A stretch of DNA of 64,000 nt. Source: Candidatus Anstonellales archaeon (GTDB taxonomy: Archaea; Micrarchaeota; Micrarchaeia; Anstonellales; J096). The notes below the pieces were generated by a model. It ran no database searches. It was not told where the DNA came from and saw nothing but the letters and a program-made list of their open reading frames with translations. The translations under genes were made by a program, and so were the position numbers. The DNA is taken from contig JAWAFI010000001.1 in the NCBI GenBank assembly GCA_038890615.1, positions 494,629 through 558,628 of the forward strand, written 5' to 3'. Positions 9,540 to 18,484 of the stretch are shown here, piece after piece (the stretch's first letter is position 1; every line of letters starts with the position of its first letter).

Positions 9540-10811
9540 ATGGCGAAAAAGGAGCACTTAAATGTAGTGTTCATTGGACATGTTGATGCAGGCAAGTCAA
9601 CAACAGTGGGAAGGATGCTGCTTGACACAGGTAAGATAAGCCAGCAGGTTATAGACAAGCTGAGGGAAGAGGCAGAGAGGCTCGGAAAAGCAACATTTGA
9701 ATTTGCTTTCTTGATGGACACCCTTAAGGAGGAGAGGGAAAGGGGTGTTACCATTGATGTTTCTCACCAAGAGTTTGAGACAGACAAGTTTTACATAACC
9801 ATTATAGATGCCCCTGGCCACAGGGACTTCGTAAAGAATATGATAACAGGCACTAGCCAAGCAGATGCTGCAGTGCTAGTGGTTTCTGCAAAAGACGGGG
9901 TGCAGCCCCAGACAAAGGAGCACGCCTTCTTGGCGAAAGTTCTTGGGGTAAACCAGCTCATAGTGCTTATGAACAAGATGGACGCAGTTGATTACAAAGA
10001 AGATGTGTACAAGAAGGTTAAGGCAGAGGTAGAGGCGCTCCTAAAGTCTATAGGGTATGACCCAAGCAAGGTGCCTTTTGTTGCAGGCTCCTCTTTTGCA
10101 GGGGAGAACATAGGAAAGCCAGGCACCAAGATGCCATGGTACAAGGGGCCAACGCTTTATCAGGCGCTTGATTCACTTTCAGTTCCTGTTGCACCGGTTG
10201 ACAAGCCCCTTAGGATACCAGTGGAGGATGTCCTTACCATTACTGGCCATGGAACTGTAATTGTAGGAAGGGTTGAGACAGGCAGGCTCAAGCCAGGCGA
10301 CAACATAGTAATAAACCCAGGAGGGATTAAAACAGACGTAAAGAGAATAGAGATGCACCACCAGGAGCTAAAGGAAGCAGTTGCAGGAGACAATATAGGG
10401 TTTAATGTGAAAGGGGTTGATAAGGGTGCAATAAAAAGAGGGTTTGTGGTAGGAGCTCCAGGGGCAGAGCCTACAGTTGCAGAGGAATTCACAGCCCAGA
10501 TAGTTGTGCTTAACCACCCAACTGCCATAAGCGTTGGCTACACCCCTGTATTCCATGTCAGGACAGCACAGTTCCCTGCAACAATAGTTGAGATACTGGA
10601 AAAGAAGGATCCTAAGTCAGGCGAAGTGCTGCAGAAGAACCCAGACCACATAAAAACAGGGGATGCAGCTGTAATAAGGGTGAAGCCTCTTAAGAGCGTA
10701 GTTGTTGAAAAGTTCCAGCAGTTCCCTGGGCTAGGAAGGTTTGCCATAAGGGATATGGGCCAGACTGTTGCAGCAGGCATAGTTTTGGATGTAAAGCCAA
10801 AGCAACAGTGA
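9540..10811 (+). CDS. tuf: Translation elongation factor EF-1alpha
   Basis: MAKKEHLNVVFIGHVDAGKST, ERERGVTI, DAPGHRDF, NKMD. Confidence 0.99.
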   Translation: MAKKEHLNVVFIGHVDAGKSTTVGRMLLDTGKISQQVIDKLREEAERLGKATFEFAFLMDTLKEERERGVTIDVSHQEFETDKFYITIIDAPGHRDFVKNMITGTSQADAAVLVVSAKDGVQPQTKEHAFLAKVLGVNQLIVLMNKMDAVDYKEDVYKKVKAEVEALLKSIGYDPSKVPFVAGSSFAGENIGKPGTKMPWYKGPTLYQALDSLSVPVAPVDKPLRIPVEDVLTITGHGTVIVGRVETGRLKPGDNIVINPGGIKTDVKRIEMHHQELKEAVAGDNIGFNVKGVDKGAIKRGFVVGAPGAEPTVAEEFTAQIVVLNHPTAISVGYTPVFHVRTAQFPATIVEILEKKDPKSGEVLQKNPDHIKTGDAAVIRVKPLKSVVVEKFQQFPGLGRFAIRDMGQTVAAGIVLDVKPKQQ

Positions 10812-10815
10812 TGGG

Positions 10816-11121
10816 ATGAGCCAGGCAAGGATACTCCTTACAGGAGAGAGCCCAAAAGACATTGAGAGCGTAATATCCCAGATAGTTGAGATAGCAAAGG
10901 CCCTTGACATGAAAGTCAAGGGCCCTGTCGCGCTTCCAAGGAAGAAGCTTAAAATTGTGACAAGGAGGACTCCTTGCGGTGACGGCTCAGACACCTACGA
11001 GACATGGGAGAAGAGGCTTTCCAAAAGGTTCATAGATGTAGAAGGAAGCGAGAAGGTAATAAAGCAGATACTCAGGGTTAAGGTGCCAGAGGGCGTTTTC
11101 GTAAAGATACTGCTTAAATAA
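10816..11121 (+). CDS. rps10: 30S ribosomal protein uS10
   Basis: KGPVALP, RRTPCGDGSDTYETWE; follows tuf. Confidence 0.97.
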   Translation: MSQARILLTGESPKDIESVISQIVEIAKALDMKVKGPVALPRKKLKIVTRRTPCGDGSDTYETWEKRLSKRFIDVEGSEKVIKQILRVKVPEGVFVKILLK

Positions 11122-11284
11122 ATTGCTCTCTTCTTGTTTTCTCCCAGGTTTTCAAGAAGTCCTTAAATCGCTTTTTGTCAGTTTCTTTCCAAGGAGCCAG
11201 ATCAACTGCATCATATAAGCTCACACCTTTTTCTTCAGCTATTTCTGTTAGCTTTGCAAATGCCTGGCCTGGGGGATTGCACAA
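11114..11284 (-). CDS. Possible small protein or gene remnant (56 aa)
   Basis: Manual translation from TTG: LCNPPGQAFAKLTEIAEEKGVSLYDAVDLAPWKETDKKRFKDFLKTWEKTRREQFI; no ATG. Confidence 0.35.
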   Translation of the reverse strand: MCNPPGQAFAKLTEIAEEKGVSLYDAVDLAPWKETDKKRFKDFLKTWEKTRREQFI

Positions 11285-11330
11285 TATACCGACAACATAG
11301 ATTTATTAATATTAAGCTTTAATCAAATAT

Positions 11331-12122
11331 ATGGGTATTTTTTGGAAAAAAAATAAGAAAGAGGAAAATCAAAAGCCAAGAAGGAAACCTTTCAATACCT
11401 TTCAGGTTTCAGAGAAAATCCCTACAGAAGAAGAACTCAAAGAGGAATTTAGGGGGCTTTACAGCTTTATACTACTAGAAAGAGTTAGGGCTAGAAATTT
11501 GTCAGATCCAGCTGTAACAAAGGAAGCAATTGAGAGGGCAAGGGAAGGAATAGAAAACTTCCCTTCTTCAGAATCATCCGCTAAGCACATCTCATCTTCA
11601 TTCAAGCTGCTTTATGAATATACTGAGAAACTCCCTCACTATCTTTCCAATGCTGATTTGCTTGCCATCTTAAGCTGCATCTTGGCTTACAAAAAACACC
11701 TATTATCCTCAGATAATGGCGAAGAGCACAAAAAAGTTATTTCTTTGATAGAGCTTATTCTCAAAAGGATGGGCAAATTGTTTTTAGAAAGAAGCAAAGA
11801 TTGGAAGCTAACAAGGAGGATAGGGCAAAATCCTGACATAGAAAAGGTGAATAAATTGCTTTCTTGCCAACTTGAGCTTATTCCTCAGAAAAGCATGCCT
11901 ACTGACTTTAATGTAAGCAAACAAAACTTAGAGAAGGTTTTTGGTGCGCTTGAGCGCTCAGCAGAGATATCAGCTCAGCTGCTAAGCATGCCAGAAGAAG
12001 AGCTAAGCAAGGACAGCAAAGGATATGGGGAATCATTAGGCCTTATTTCAGAAATATTTTTAAGGGCCTCCAATGCCTTTTCTCGGTATAAAATATCTGA
12101 GGTAATCCAAAAGCATTTTTAA
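11331..12122 (+). CDS. Hypothetical helical protein
   Basis: 263-aa ORF with K-rich N-terminus; AT-rich TATA-like region upstream. Confidence 0.7.
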   Translation: MGIFWKKNKKEENQKPRRKPFNTFQVSEKIPTEEELKEEFRGLYSFILLERVRARNLSDPAVTKEAIERAREGIENFPSSESSAKHISSSFKLLYEYTEKLPHYLSNADLLAILSCILAYKKHLLSSDNGEEHKKVISLIELILKRMGKLFLERSKDWKLTRRIGQNPDIEKVNKLLSCQLELIPQKSMPTDFNVSKQNLEKVFGALERSAEISAQLLSMPEEELSKDSKGYGESLGLISEIFLRASNAFSRYKISEVIQKHF

Positions 12123-12153
12123 CCTTGCTTTCTTAACTAAAACGGGTGGTTTT

Positions 12154-12315
12154 ATGGAGAAGGTGTATGGAAAGCTAATCTTCAACGATGGCAACAATAT
12201 CTCTATGCGCGAAGGGGAGATATCCTTTGGCAACGAAGCCTTCGTTAAAGTAGAATCCAACGGAAAGGTTGAGTGGATAAACACCCGCTCTGTTGTAAGG
12301 ATAGAAAAGCTCTAA
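12154..12315 (+). CDS. Small beta-rich protein (53 aa), Sm/Hfq/SH3-barrel-like
   Basis: Manual translation MEKVYGKLIFNDGNNISMREGEISFGNEAFVKVESNGKVEWINTRSVVRIEKL; SD-like GGTGGT upstream; below track length cutoff. Confidence 0.7.
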   Translation: MEKVYGKLIFNDGNNISMREGEISFGNEAFVKVESNGKVEWINTRSVVRIEKL

Positions 12316-12333
12316 ATAGGAGGAAAGGGAAAA

Positions 12334-12933
12334 ATGAGGTACAGCGCAACGCTCTTAGGGCTAATAGCATTCTGCTTCCTGCTCCAGCTCTTGATTCCAG
12401 GGCTTACAGAGGCGCTTTATTTTGAGCCATCCAAGGTCTTCTCAGAACCGTGGAGATGGATAAGCAGCATGTTCCTCCATGGGGGGTTCATGCACATATT
12501 CTTAAATGGTTTTGCTCTGCTCATGTTCGGGCCCATAGTAGAAAGGAAGCTTTCAGCCAGCCAGTTCTTGGCTCTTTATTTTGCCTCAGGCATAGCTGGC
12601 TCCCTCTTTTATTACCTAAGCATAGTTGCAGGGATAATCCCTCCTATCCCTGCGTTGGGGGCAAGCGGAGCAATATATGGCATTCTCGGCGCAGCAGCAG
12701 TCCTTTTTCCAGATATGGTAGTGTATACATACTTTGTCCCATTAAGGATGAGATATGCAGCAATCCTATGGGCTTTCTTAGCCCTAATAGGCTCTTTTGA
12801 TGCAGGCTCTGGAATTGCCAGCGCAGCCCATCTTGGGGGCCTTGTAGTAGGCTACCTTATGGCTAAGCACTACAAAAGTAAGGAGGATGACCTCATTTAT
12901 TTTTACCAAGAAATTCCGCCAGAAGTGCTTTAG
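12334..12933 (+). CDS. Rhomboid intramembrane serine protease
   Basis: WR, HxxxxHxxxN, GASG, AHLGG. Confidence 0.96.
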   Translation: MRYSATLLGLIAFCFLLQLLIPGLTEALYFEPSKVFSEPWRWISSMFLHGGFMHIFLNGFALLMFGPIVERKLSASQFLALYFASGIAGSLFYYLSIVAGIIPPIPALGASGAIYGILGAAAVLFPDMVVYTYFVPLRMRYAAILWAFLALIGSFDAGSGIASAAHLGGLVVGYLMAKHYKSKEDDLIYFYQEIPPEVL

Positions 12934-13384
12934 CTTTTTTGCTCATCCTCTTTTTTGCGTATTCCTCAAATTCTCTCTCAACCCTGTATTCGTGTGCTTG
13001 GAGCACCATGTCCAAAAGGTTCATGTCCCTTACAAACTTGGCAAGCTTTGTCTTGCCTTCCCTATATTCTTTCATCAGCTTAACCCCATCCTTGCCAATC
13101 AGGGGCTCAATCTCCTTTTCTGCCTTCCTTTCAAGCGAGTCCTTCTCCTTGCTTTTTGCGTCAAAAGGTGTTATGTCGCCTGTGATTGCCTCTGCCAAGT
13201 CATGCAGAAGGGCCATTTCCACTGCCTTCTCTCTGTTTGCCTTAAACTCCTTTGCAAATGCATAGCAGAGGACTGCAGTGCTGAAAGAGTGGTCTGCAAT
13301 GCTCTCAACCTCTGCCTTTATGTGCCTGGTCCACCCTCTTCTCTCTGTTTTCTTAAGGGCTAAGATTATTTTCCAGATGCTCAT
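12893..13384 (-). CDS. HD-domain phosphohydrolase (YfbR/HDDC2-like 5'-deoxynucleotidase)
   Basis: LKKTERRGW, ESIADHS, LLHDLAEAITGDI; ATGA overlap with RuBisCO stop. Confidence 0.92.
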   Translation of the reverse strand: MSIWKIILALKKTERRGWTRHIKAEVESIADHSFSTAVLCYAFAKEFKANREKAVEMALLHDLAEAITGDITPFDAKSKEKDSLERKAEKEIEPLIGKDGVKLMKEYREGKTKLAKFVRDMNLLDMVLQAHEYRVEREFEEYAKKRMSKKAKALLAEFLGKNK

Positions 13385-14646
13385 ATTTTCTTGTGCCAAA
13401 GGTAGTACACCTGCTTCCCTCCCCATTTTTCGAGTGCAACTGCAAGCTCCTTGCATTCCTTTGCCTTTTCCTTAAGTGTTATGCCTTCTGCCACTGCATC
13501 TACTGCTGCCCTCATTGCTTTAGCCCCTGCTTCTGTGCCTTGCGGATGGCCATGCACCCCTCCCCCTCCTTGGAAAACAAAATCAGTTGAGTTGAAGGCA
13601 TTCACAACATCATAAACCTTGGTTGGATATAGGCCTCCTGAGGCAACAGGGAAAACTGGCTTTATGCCATTCTTCCTTTCAACCAAAGAGGAGTATTGTT
13701 TCCTTACTTCTTCTTTATTAGCATGCATCTTTCCTGCACCATGGTCTATATGGAGCTGGTCAACCCCCATTAGCCTGAATATCTTCGCCCAAACATGCAT
13801 CTTTACCATATTGCCCCCTCCTTCTGTGAATACACCATGCATAGCCCTGTGAGCATGGATTGGCAGTATGTTTTGGTCCCTTACCATCTGCACTGCAGAG
13901 AAGCCGCAGGTGAAGAGGTCAAGCATAATCATGTTGCCTCCATGCTCCTTAACGAAATCTGCCCTTTTCAGCATCACATCTGCATTTGCTGTTATGTTAG
14001 GGGAGTAAAGCTTTTTCTCCCCTGTTTCTTCCTCTGCCCTGTCAAGCGCCTCCAATGTCTTCACAACCCTTTCCTCAAACTTGCAGAACTTCTGGTCTGT
14101 AAGGTTCTCATCATCCTTTACGAAGTCAATGCCTCCTCTCCATGCCATCTCTGCCACTTCTGCGAATTTCTTTGCGCTAAGCCCAAGCTTTGGCTTTATT
14201 ATAGTGCCAACATGGGGCCTCCTGCTCTTCGTTGTCCCAAGATACCTTCTAATCCCTTCCATCCCTTCCTTTGGGCCAGGGAACTTTTTTTCGTACTTTT
14301 GGGGCAAATAGATGTCATCAAGCACAAGCCAATCTGCCTCTTTAACCCCAAAGACATTGCCAGAAATAGATGATAGCAGCTGAGGGATGCTTCTTTTCTC
14401 AAAGAGCCCAATAGGATATGCTATAGCCATGCTCACTACGCCCTTTTCCTTCCTCAGCTTGAAGACCTTTGCTCCAAACTTTTCTACAATCTGCCTTGAA
14501 GATGTCCATACCTCTGTCCATGTCCCCACTGAGCTTTCTGCTGCTATAATCTCTGCTATCTTTTCAGCAGGCTGGGAGCTCTTAGCCCTGAAGAAAACCA
14601 CCAGATGCTCATCATCCGGCTCAAAACCAAGCTTTATGTAGCCCAT
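13381..14646 (-). CDS. rbcL: RuBisCO large subunit, form III-type
   Basis: AAESSVGTW, SGNVFG, GTIIKPKLGL, DFVKDDENL, HAHRAMHG, LH..GAGKM, PVASGG, GGGVHGHP. Confidence 0.93.
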   Translation of the reverse strand: MGYIKLGFEPDDEHLVVFFRAKSSQPAEKIAEIIAAESSVGTWTEVWTSSRQIVEKFGAKVFKLRKEKGVVSMAIAYPIGLFEKRSIPQLLSSISGNVFGVKEADWLVLDDIYLPQKYEKKFPGPKEGMEGIRRYLGTTKSRRPHVGTIIKPKLGLSAKKFAEVAEMAWRGGIDFVKDDENLTDQKFCKFEERVVKTLEALDRAEEETGEKKLYSPNITANADVMLKRADFVKEHGGNMIMLDLFTCGFSAVQMVRDQNILPIHAHRAMHGVFTEGGGNMVKMHVWAKIFRLMGVDQLHIDHGAGKMHANKEEVRKQYSSLVERKNGIKPVFPVASGGLYPTKVYDVVNAFNSTDFVFQGGGGVHGHPQGTEAGAKAMRAAVDAVAEGITLKEKAKECKELAVALEKWGGKQVYYLWHKKI

Positions 14647-14696
14647 AATTACCCCTATTGCTTTTGAACTTCAATTATTAAAAAGATTATTAAGCA

Positions 14697-15905
14697 CTAG
14701 CCAGTTATTAAAGGCTTAAGGAGCCTTAATATCTGGGGCCTTCCAGCCACAACCTTGGCAACTACTGGCGCATAGTCCCCTTTCATAACCAAGTCAAGCT
14801 CAGGGGCTCCAATCTCTCCTATTATGTGGTTAAGGTCATCATCGCTTATGTGCTCAAGCACCTTTCTCAGCCTTAGCCTCTTCTCATACTTCTTACCTGC
14901 TGTTTCTTTCCACGCCCTCTCATATTCTCTGAGGAGGTTGGCAGAGAAGTCCTTCTTTTCAAATGCTTTTGCAGCAGTAGAGGCAGCAAGAACCCCTGCC
15001 TCCATTGCCATTGCTATCCCCCCGCCATGTATTGGGTCCACCTGCCTTGCAGCAGTGCCTATCACCATAAAGTTGTCCTTTACAAATTCATCAAGCAAAC
15101 CCCCTACGCTTATCACACCTCCAAAATCTTCCAATGTTGAAGCATCCCTTAGCTGGGGATGGTTTTCTATGAACCTGTCAAGCAAGGGCTTTGGAGCAGC
15201 CCCAGGAATGCCACCTAGCTTTTTCCACTTGTCAAGCATAGCCCCTATGCCTATGCCAACGTTTGCCTTCCTGCTTGCCTTAGGGAATATCCAAACATAG
15301 CCTCTCGGTGCTATTTCATTGCCAAAGTATAACTCTATTAAATTCTCGTGGTCATATGGCTTCATCTCGTATTCATAGCAGGTGTCAACATCATATAGCC
15401 TTGCCACTGCCTTAAACCCTGCTTTCCTTGCTAGCCATGCCTCCATTCCTTCAGCAGAAACAATGAGCTTGGCCCTTATCTCATCTTCTTTTTCATTGTG
15501 CCTTATCTTTACCCCTGCAATCTTTCCATTTTCTTTTATCAATTCATAAGCCTCTGTATACATCCTTACCTTTGCGCCAGCATCTATTGCAAGCTCTGCT
15601 AGCCACTTGTCAAAGAAGCGCCTCTCCAAAACCCATCCTTTGGTGTCTTTTCCTTTCCATACAATTGATTTCCCATTAGGTGCGACAACTTTCGCCCCTA
15701 CTATTTCAGTGGAGTAGACCTGCTTTGGCAAATCAAGCCCTTCTTTTATCACCTCCCTTTCGCCCAGCCCTTCACCGCACCTTACAGGTATGCCGACATC
15801 TTTCCTCTTGTCAACCACTATTACCCCAAGCCCGCTCTTTGCAGCAACCCTTGCAAAAGTGGAGCCAGCAGGCCCTGCCCCTATTACTACTATGTCAGCC
15901 TCCAT
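14697..15905 (-). CDS. Digeranylgeranylglycerophospholipid (geranylgeranyl) reductase
   Basis: GAGPAGS, RCGEG, PRGYVWIFP, DPIHGGGI. Confidence 0.93.
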   Translation of the reverse strand: MEADIVVIGAGPAGSTFARVAAKSGLGVIVVDKRKDVGIPVRCGEGLGEREVIKEGLDLPKQVYSTEIVGAKVVAPNGKSIVWKGKDTKGWVLERRFFDKWLAELAIDAGAKVRMYTEAYELIKENGKIAGVKIRHNEKEDEIRAKLIVSAEGMEAWLARKAGFKAVARLYDVDTCYEYEMKPYDHENLIELYFGNEIAPRGYVWIFPKASRKANVGIGIGAMLDKWKKLGGIPGAAPKPLLDRFIENHPQLRDASTLEDFGGVISVGGLLDEFVKDNFMVIGTAARQVDPIHGGGIAMAMEAGVLAASTAAKAFEKKDFSANLLREYERAWKETAGKKYEKRLRLRKVLEHISDDDLNHIIGEIGAPELDLVMKGDYAPVVAKVVAGRPQILRLLKPLITG

Positions 15906-15907
15906 AA

Positions 15908-16126
15908 TCACACCTGCAAGTCCTTTTCCCCTAGCTCCTTGATGCTCTTTACCCCTTTGTGCATTGTTATTACATTGGCAGGGCAGGCCTTTACGCAAAG
16001 CCCGCAGTCAGTGCATTTTTCAGGGATTATTTTCATCCTGTTGCCTGAATAGACTATTGCCTGCGTTGGGCATACTGCTGAGCATCCAACACACACTATG
16101 CAAGCATCATGCTTAATAGTTATCAT
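15908..16126 (-). CDS. 2x[4Fe-4S] ferredoxin, probable electron donor of GGR
   Basis: Two CxxCxxCxxxCP motifs; 2 nt upstream of GGR. Confidence 0.93.
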   Translation of the reverse strand: MITIKHDACIVCVGCSAVCPTQAIVYSGNRMKIIPEKCTDCGLCVKACPANVITMHKGVKSIKELGEKDLQV

Positions 16127-16174
16127 GAGGTAGATTCTGCCAAATGTTTTTAAATGGTTTGCCTATTCCCTTCT

Positions 16175-18484
16175 ATGGCAGAAAAGGGCCTAACACTTAA
16201 GCAGGTTGAGCAGAGCAGGGAAAGGCACGGAAGGAATATAATTGAGGAGAGGCAGAAGACGCTGCTCCACTTCATTGCAGACCAGTTCAGGAATACTGTG
16301 CTCTATCTGCTCATTGCAGCAGTTGCCATCTCGTTCTTTATAGGCGAGGAGCTTGAGGCAATAGGGATAGGTGCTGCAATAGTTCTTACCATTGCCTTTG
16401 GAACTTACCTTGAGTACACAGCAGACAGGAGCGTTAGGGAGCTAAAAAAGTACATGGCAGAAGAGGTTGTTGTGATTAGGGATGGCAAGAGGCAGCTCAT
16501 AAAGGCAGAGGAGCTGGTAGTTGGGGATGCAGTGCTTATGGAGGAAGGGCAGAGGGTAGCAGCTGACATGAAGCTCATTAGCGGCTTTGTTGAGGCTGAT
16601 GAATCACTGCTTACCGGGGAATCAAAGCCAGTTGAGAAGAAGAAAGGCGACCTTCTTTTTTCTGGGAGCAGGATAGTAGAGGGCTCAGGCACAGCTCTTG
16701 TAACTGCTGTAGGCCCTAAGAGCTCTGCAGGAAGGATTGCAGGTAGCTTAGGCAGCCTTGAGAAAGAGAAGACAAACATAGAGGCAATGCTAGAGGATTT
16801 GGGCAGGAAGATAAGCTATTTTGGCATAGCAGTGATGCTTTTTACAATATTTATATCACTGCTTGCTGGGAAGCCAATTGAGCAGGCTTTTTTATTCTCT
16901 ATAGCTCTTGCAGTCGCGGTAGTTCCAGAAGGGCTCGTTACAGTTCTAACAATTGTGCTTGCCTTAGGCGTTAGGGAGATGGCAAACCACATGGCCCTTG
17001 TGAAAAAGATGAGGGCAGTTGAGGAGATAGGGCACATCACAGCGCTTGTTACTGACAAGACAGGTACGCTCACCTATGGAAAGATGAAGCTTGCTGCATT
17101 CATAGCGAATGGGAAAAGGTATCCCCCTGCTGAAATCCCGCAGGAATGGAAAGAAGCAATTGCTGCATGCACACAGGTAGAGGAGACAGACAAGGGCCTT
17201 GTTGGCAATGAGACAGACAGGGCAATAGTAGAAGGACTGGGAATAAGCCTTAAGGGGATAAAGAAAAGCGTTGTCCTATTGCGACCTTTCAGCAGCACAA
17301 CCCGCTCAATGTCAGTCAAGTATAAAGGCAGGGTAATCACAAAAGGGGCCCCAGAGTCAGTTGGGATAAATGCCTCTGATTATGAATCATTAGGCAGGGT
17401 GCTTGGGATAAAATACGGCAGAAAGGAAGGCATAATAATACTTGAGGATCCAATAAGGGAGCAGGCCCCAGAAGCAGTGCGCAAGCTCCAGCAGGGAGGG
17501 GTAAAGGTAATAGTAGTGACAGGTGACGCATTAGGGACCGCCTCTGCTGTTGCAGACAAGGTAGGCATTTCGGGTAAGGCCGTGCTTTGGGAGGATATAA
17601 GAAGGATGGATGATGAAAAGCTTGCTGAGCGCTTGGGCTCAATAGGCGTTATTGCAAGGTGCCCCCCAGAAGGGAAGCTAAGGGTAGTTGAGGCACTGCT
17701 TAGGGCAGGTGAGAGGGTGGCTGTATCTGGAGATGGAGTTAATGATGCGCTTGCTCTTAAGAGGGCAAATGTTTCGCTTGTGATGGGAAGCACAGGGACT
17801 GCAGTGAGCAAAGAGATAGCGGACATAGTCCTCCTTGATGACAACATGAGCACCATAGAGGGAGCAGTGAATTATGGCAAGCTCGTTTACAGGAATGTGC
17901 TTAATTTCATAAGGTTCCAACTAACCACCAATGTTGCGCTTGTGGCTTTCATACTGCTTTCATTCTTCTTTTCCCAGAATTACCCCCTTACTGCTCTCCA
18001 GTTGCTTTTCATAAACATAATAGTTGACGGCCCTCCTGCACTTGCGCTTGGGTTTGAAAGGTCAGAGGCAATAACAGAGAAGCCTAAGCTTGACAGGAAG
18101 CTAGCAAGGAGCATAATCCTAGCCGGCCTCTTCATGGCCATCCTTTCTTTCATATGGCACGCCATCGCCCCTTATGAAAAGAAGATTACCTACGCATTCT
18201 TGAGCATTGCCTCTCTCCAGCTTTTCCATGCATTCAATTGCAGGTCAATGAAGAAAAGCTTTTATGAGGGCTCCAACAATGTGCTGCTAACCACATTTGT
18301 TGTTATAATGGTTGTTTTAGTGCTTACCTTGTTCGATCCTATTGCTCCTTTCTTCTCCACAGTTCAGCTTTCTCTGCAGGAGATTGCGCTTATATTCATT
18401 TCCTCAACTGCAGTGCTCGGCTATGGCGAGATAGAGAAGCTTTTCCTTAACAAAAATCAAGGAAGCAGCGAAGCCAGCGGGTAG
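16175..18484 (+). CDS. Cation-transporting P-type ATPase (type II, Ca2+-like), compact
   Basis: TGES, VPEGL, DKTGTLT, KGAPE, TGD, GDGVND, DGPPA. Confidence 0.95.
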   Translation: MAEKGLTLKQVEQSRERHGRNIIEERQKTLLHFIADQFRNTVLYLLIAAVAISFFIGEELEAIGIGAAIVLTIAFGTYLEYTADRSVRELKKYMAEEVVVIRDGKRQLIKAEELVVGDAVLMEEGQRVAADMKLISGFVEADESLLTGESKPVEKKKGDLLFSGSRIVEGSGTALVTAVGPKSSAGRIAGSLGSLEKEKTNIEAMLEDLGRKISYFGIAVMLFTIFISLLAGKPIEQAFLFSIALAVAVVPEGLVTVLTIVLALGVREMANHMALVKKMRAVEEIGHITALVTDKTGTLTYGKMKLAAFIANGKRYPPAEIPQEWKEAIAACTQVEETDKGLVGNETDRAIVEGLGISLKGIKKSVVLLRPFSSTTRSMSVKYKGRVITKGAPESVGINASDYESLGRVLGIKYGRKEGIIILEDPIREQAPEAVRKLQQGGVKVIVVTGDALGTASAVADKVGISGKAVLWEDIRRMDDEKLAERLGSIGVIARCPPEGKLRVVEALLRAGERVAVSGDGVNDALALKRANVSLVMGSTGTAVSKEIADIVLLDDNMSTIEGAVNYGKLVYRNVLNFIRFQLTTNVALVAFILLSFFFSQNYPLTALQLLFINIIVDGPPALALGFERSEAITEKPKLDRKLARSIILAGLFMAILSFIWHAIAPYEKKITYAFLSIASLQLFHAFNCRSMKKSFYEGSNNVLLTTFVVIMVVLVLTLFDPIAPFFSTVQLSLQEIALIFISSTAVLGYGEIEKLFLNKNQGSSEASG

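Noticed and set aside
13381..14646. Form IV RuBisCO-like protein
   Set aside because: Catalytic and substrate-binding motifs, including GN, HR and the loop-6 Lys, are retained
14697..16126. Ferredoxin-GGR pair as a novel system
   Set aside because: Ferredoxin-coupled geranylgeranyl reductases are already known in archaea
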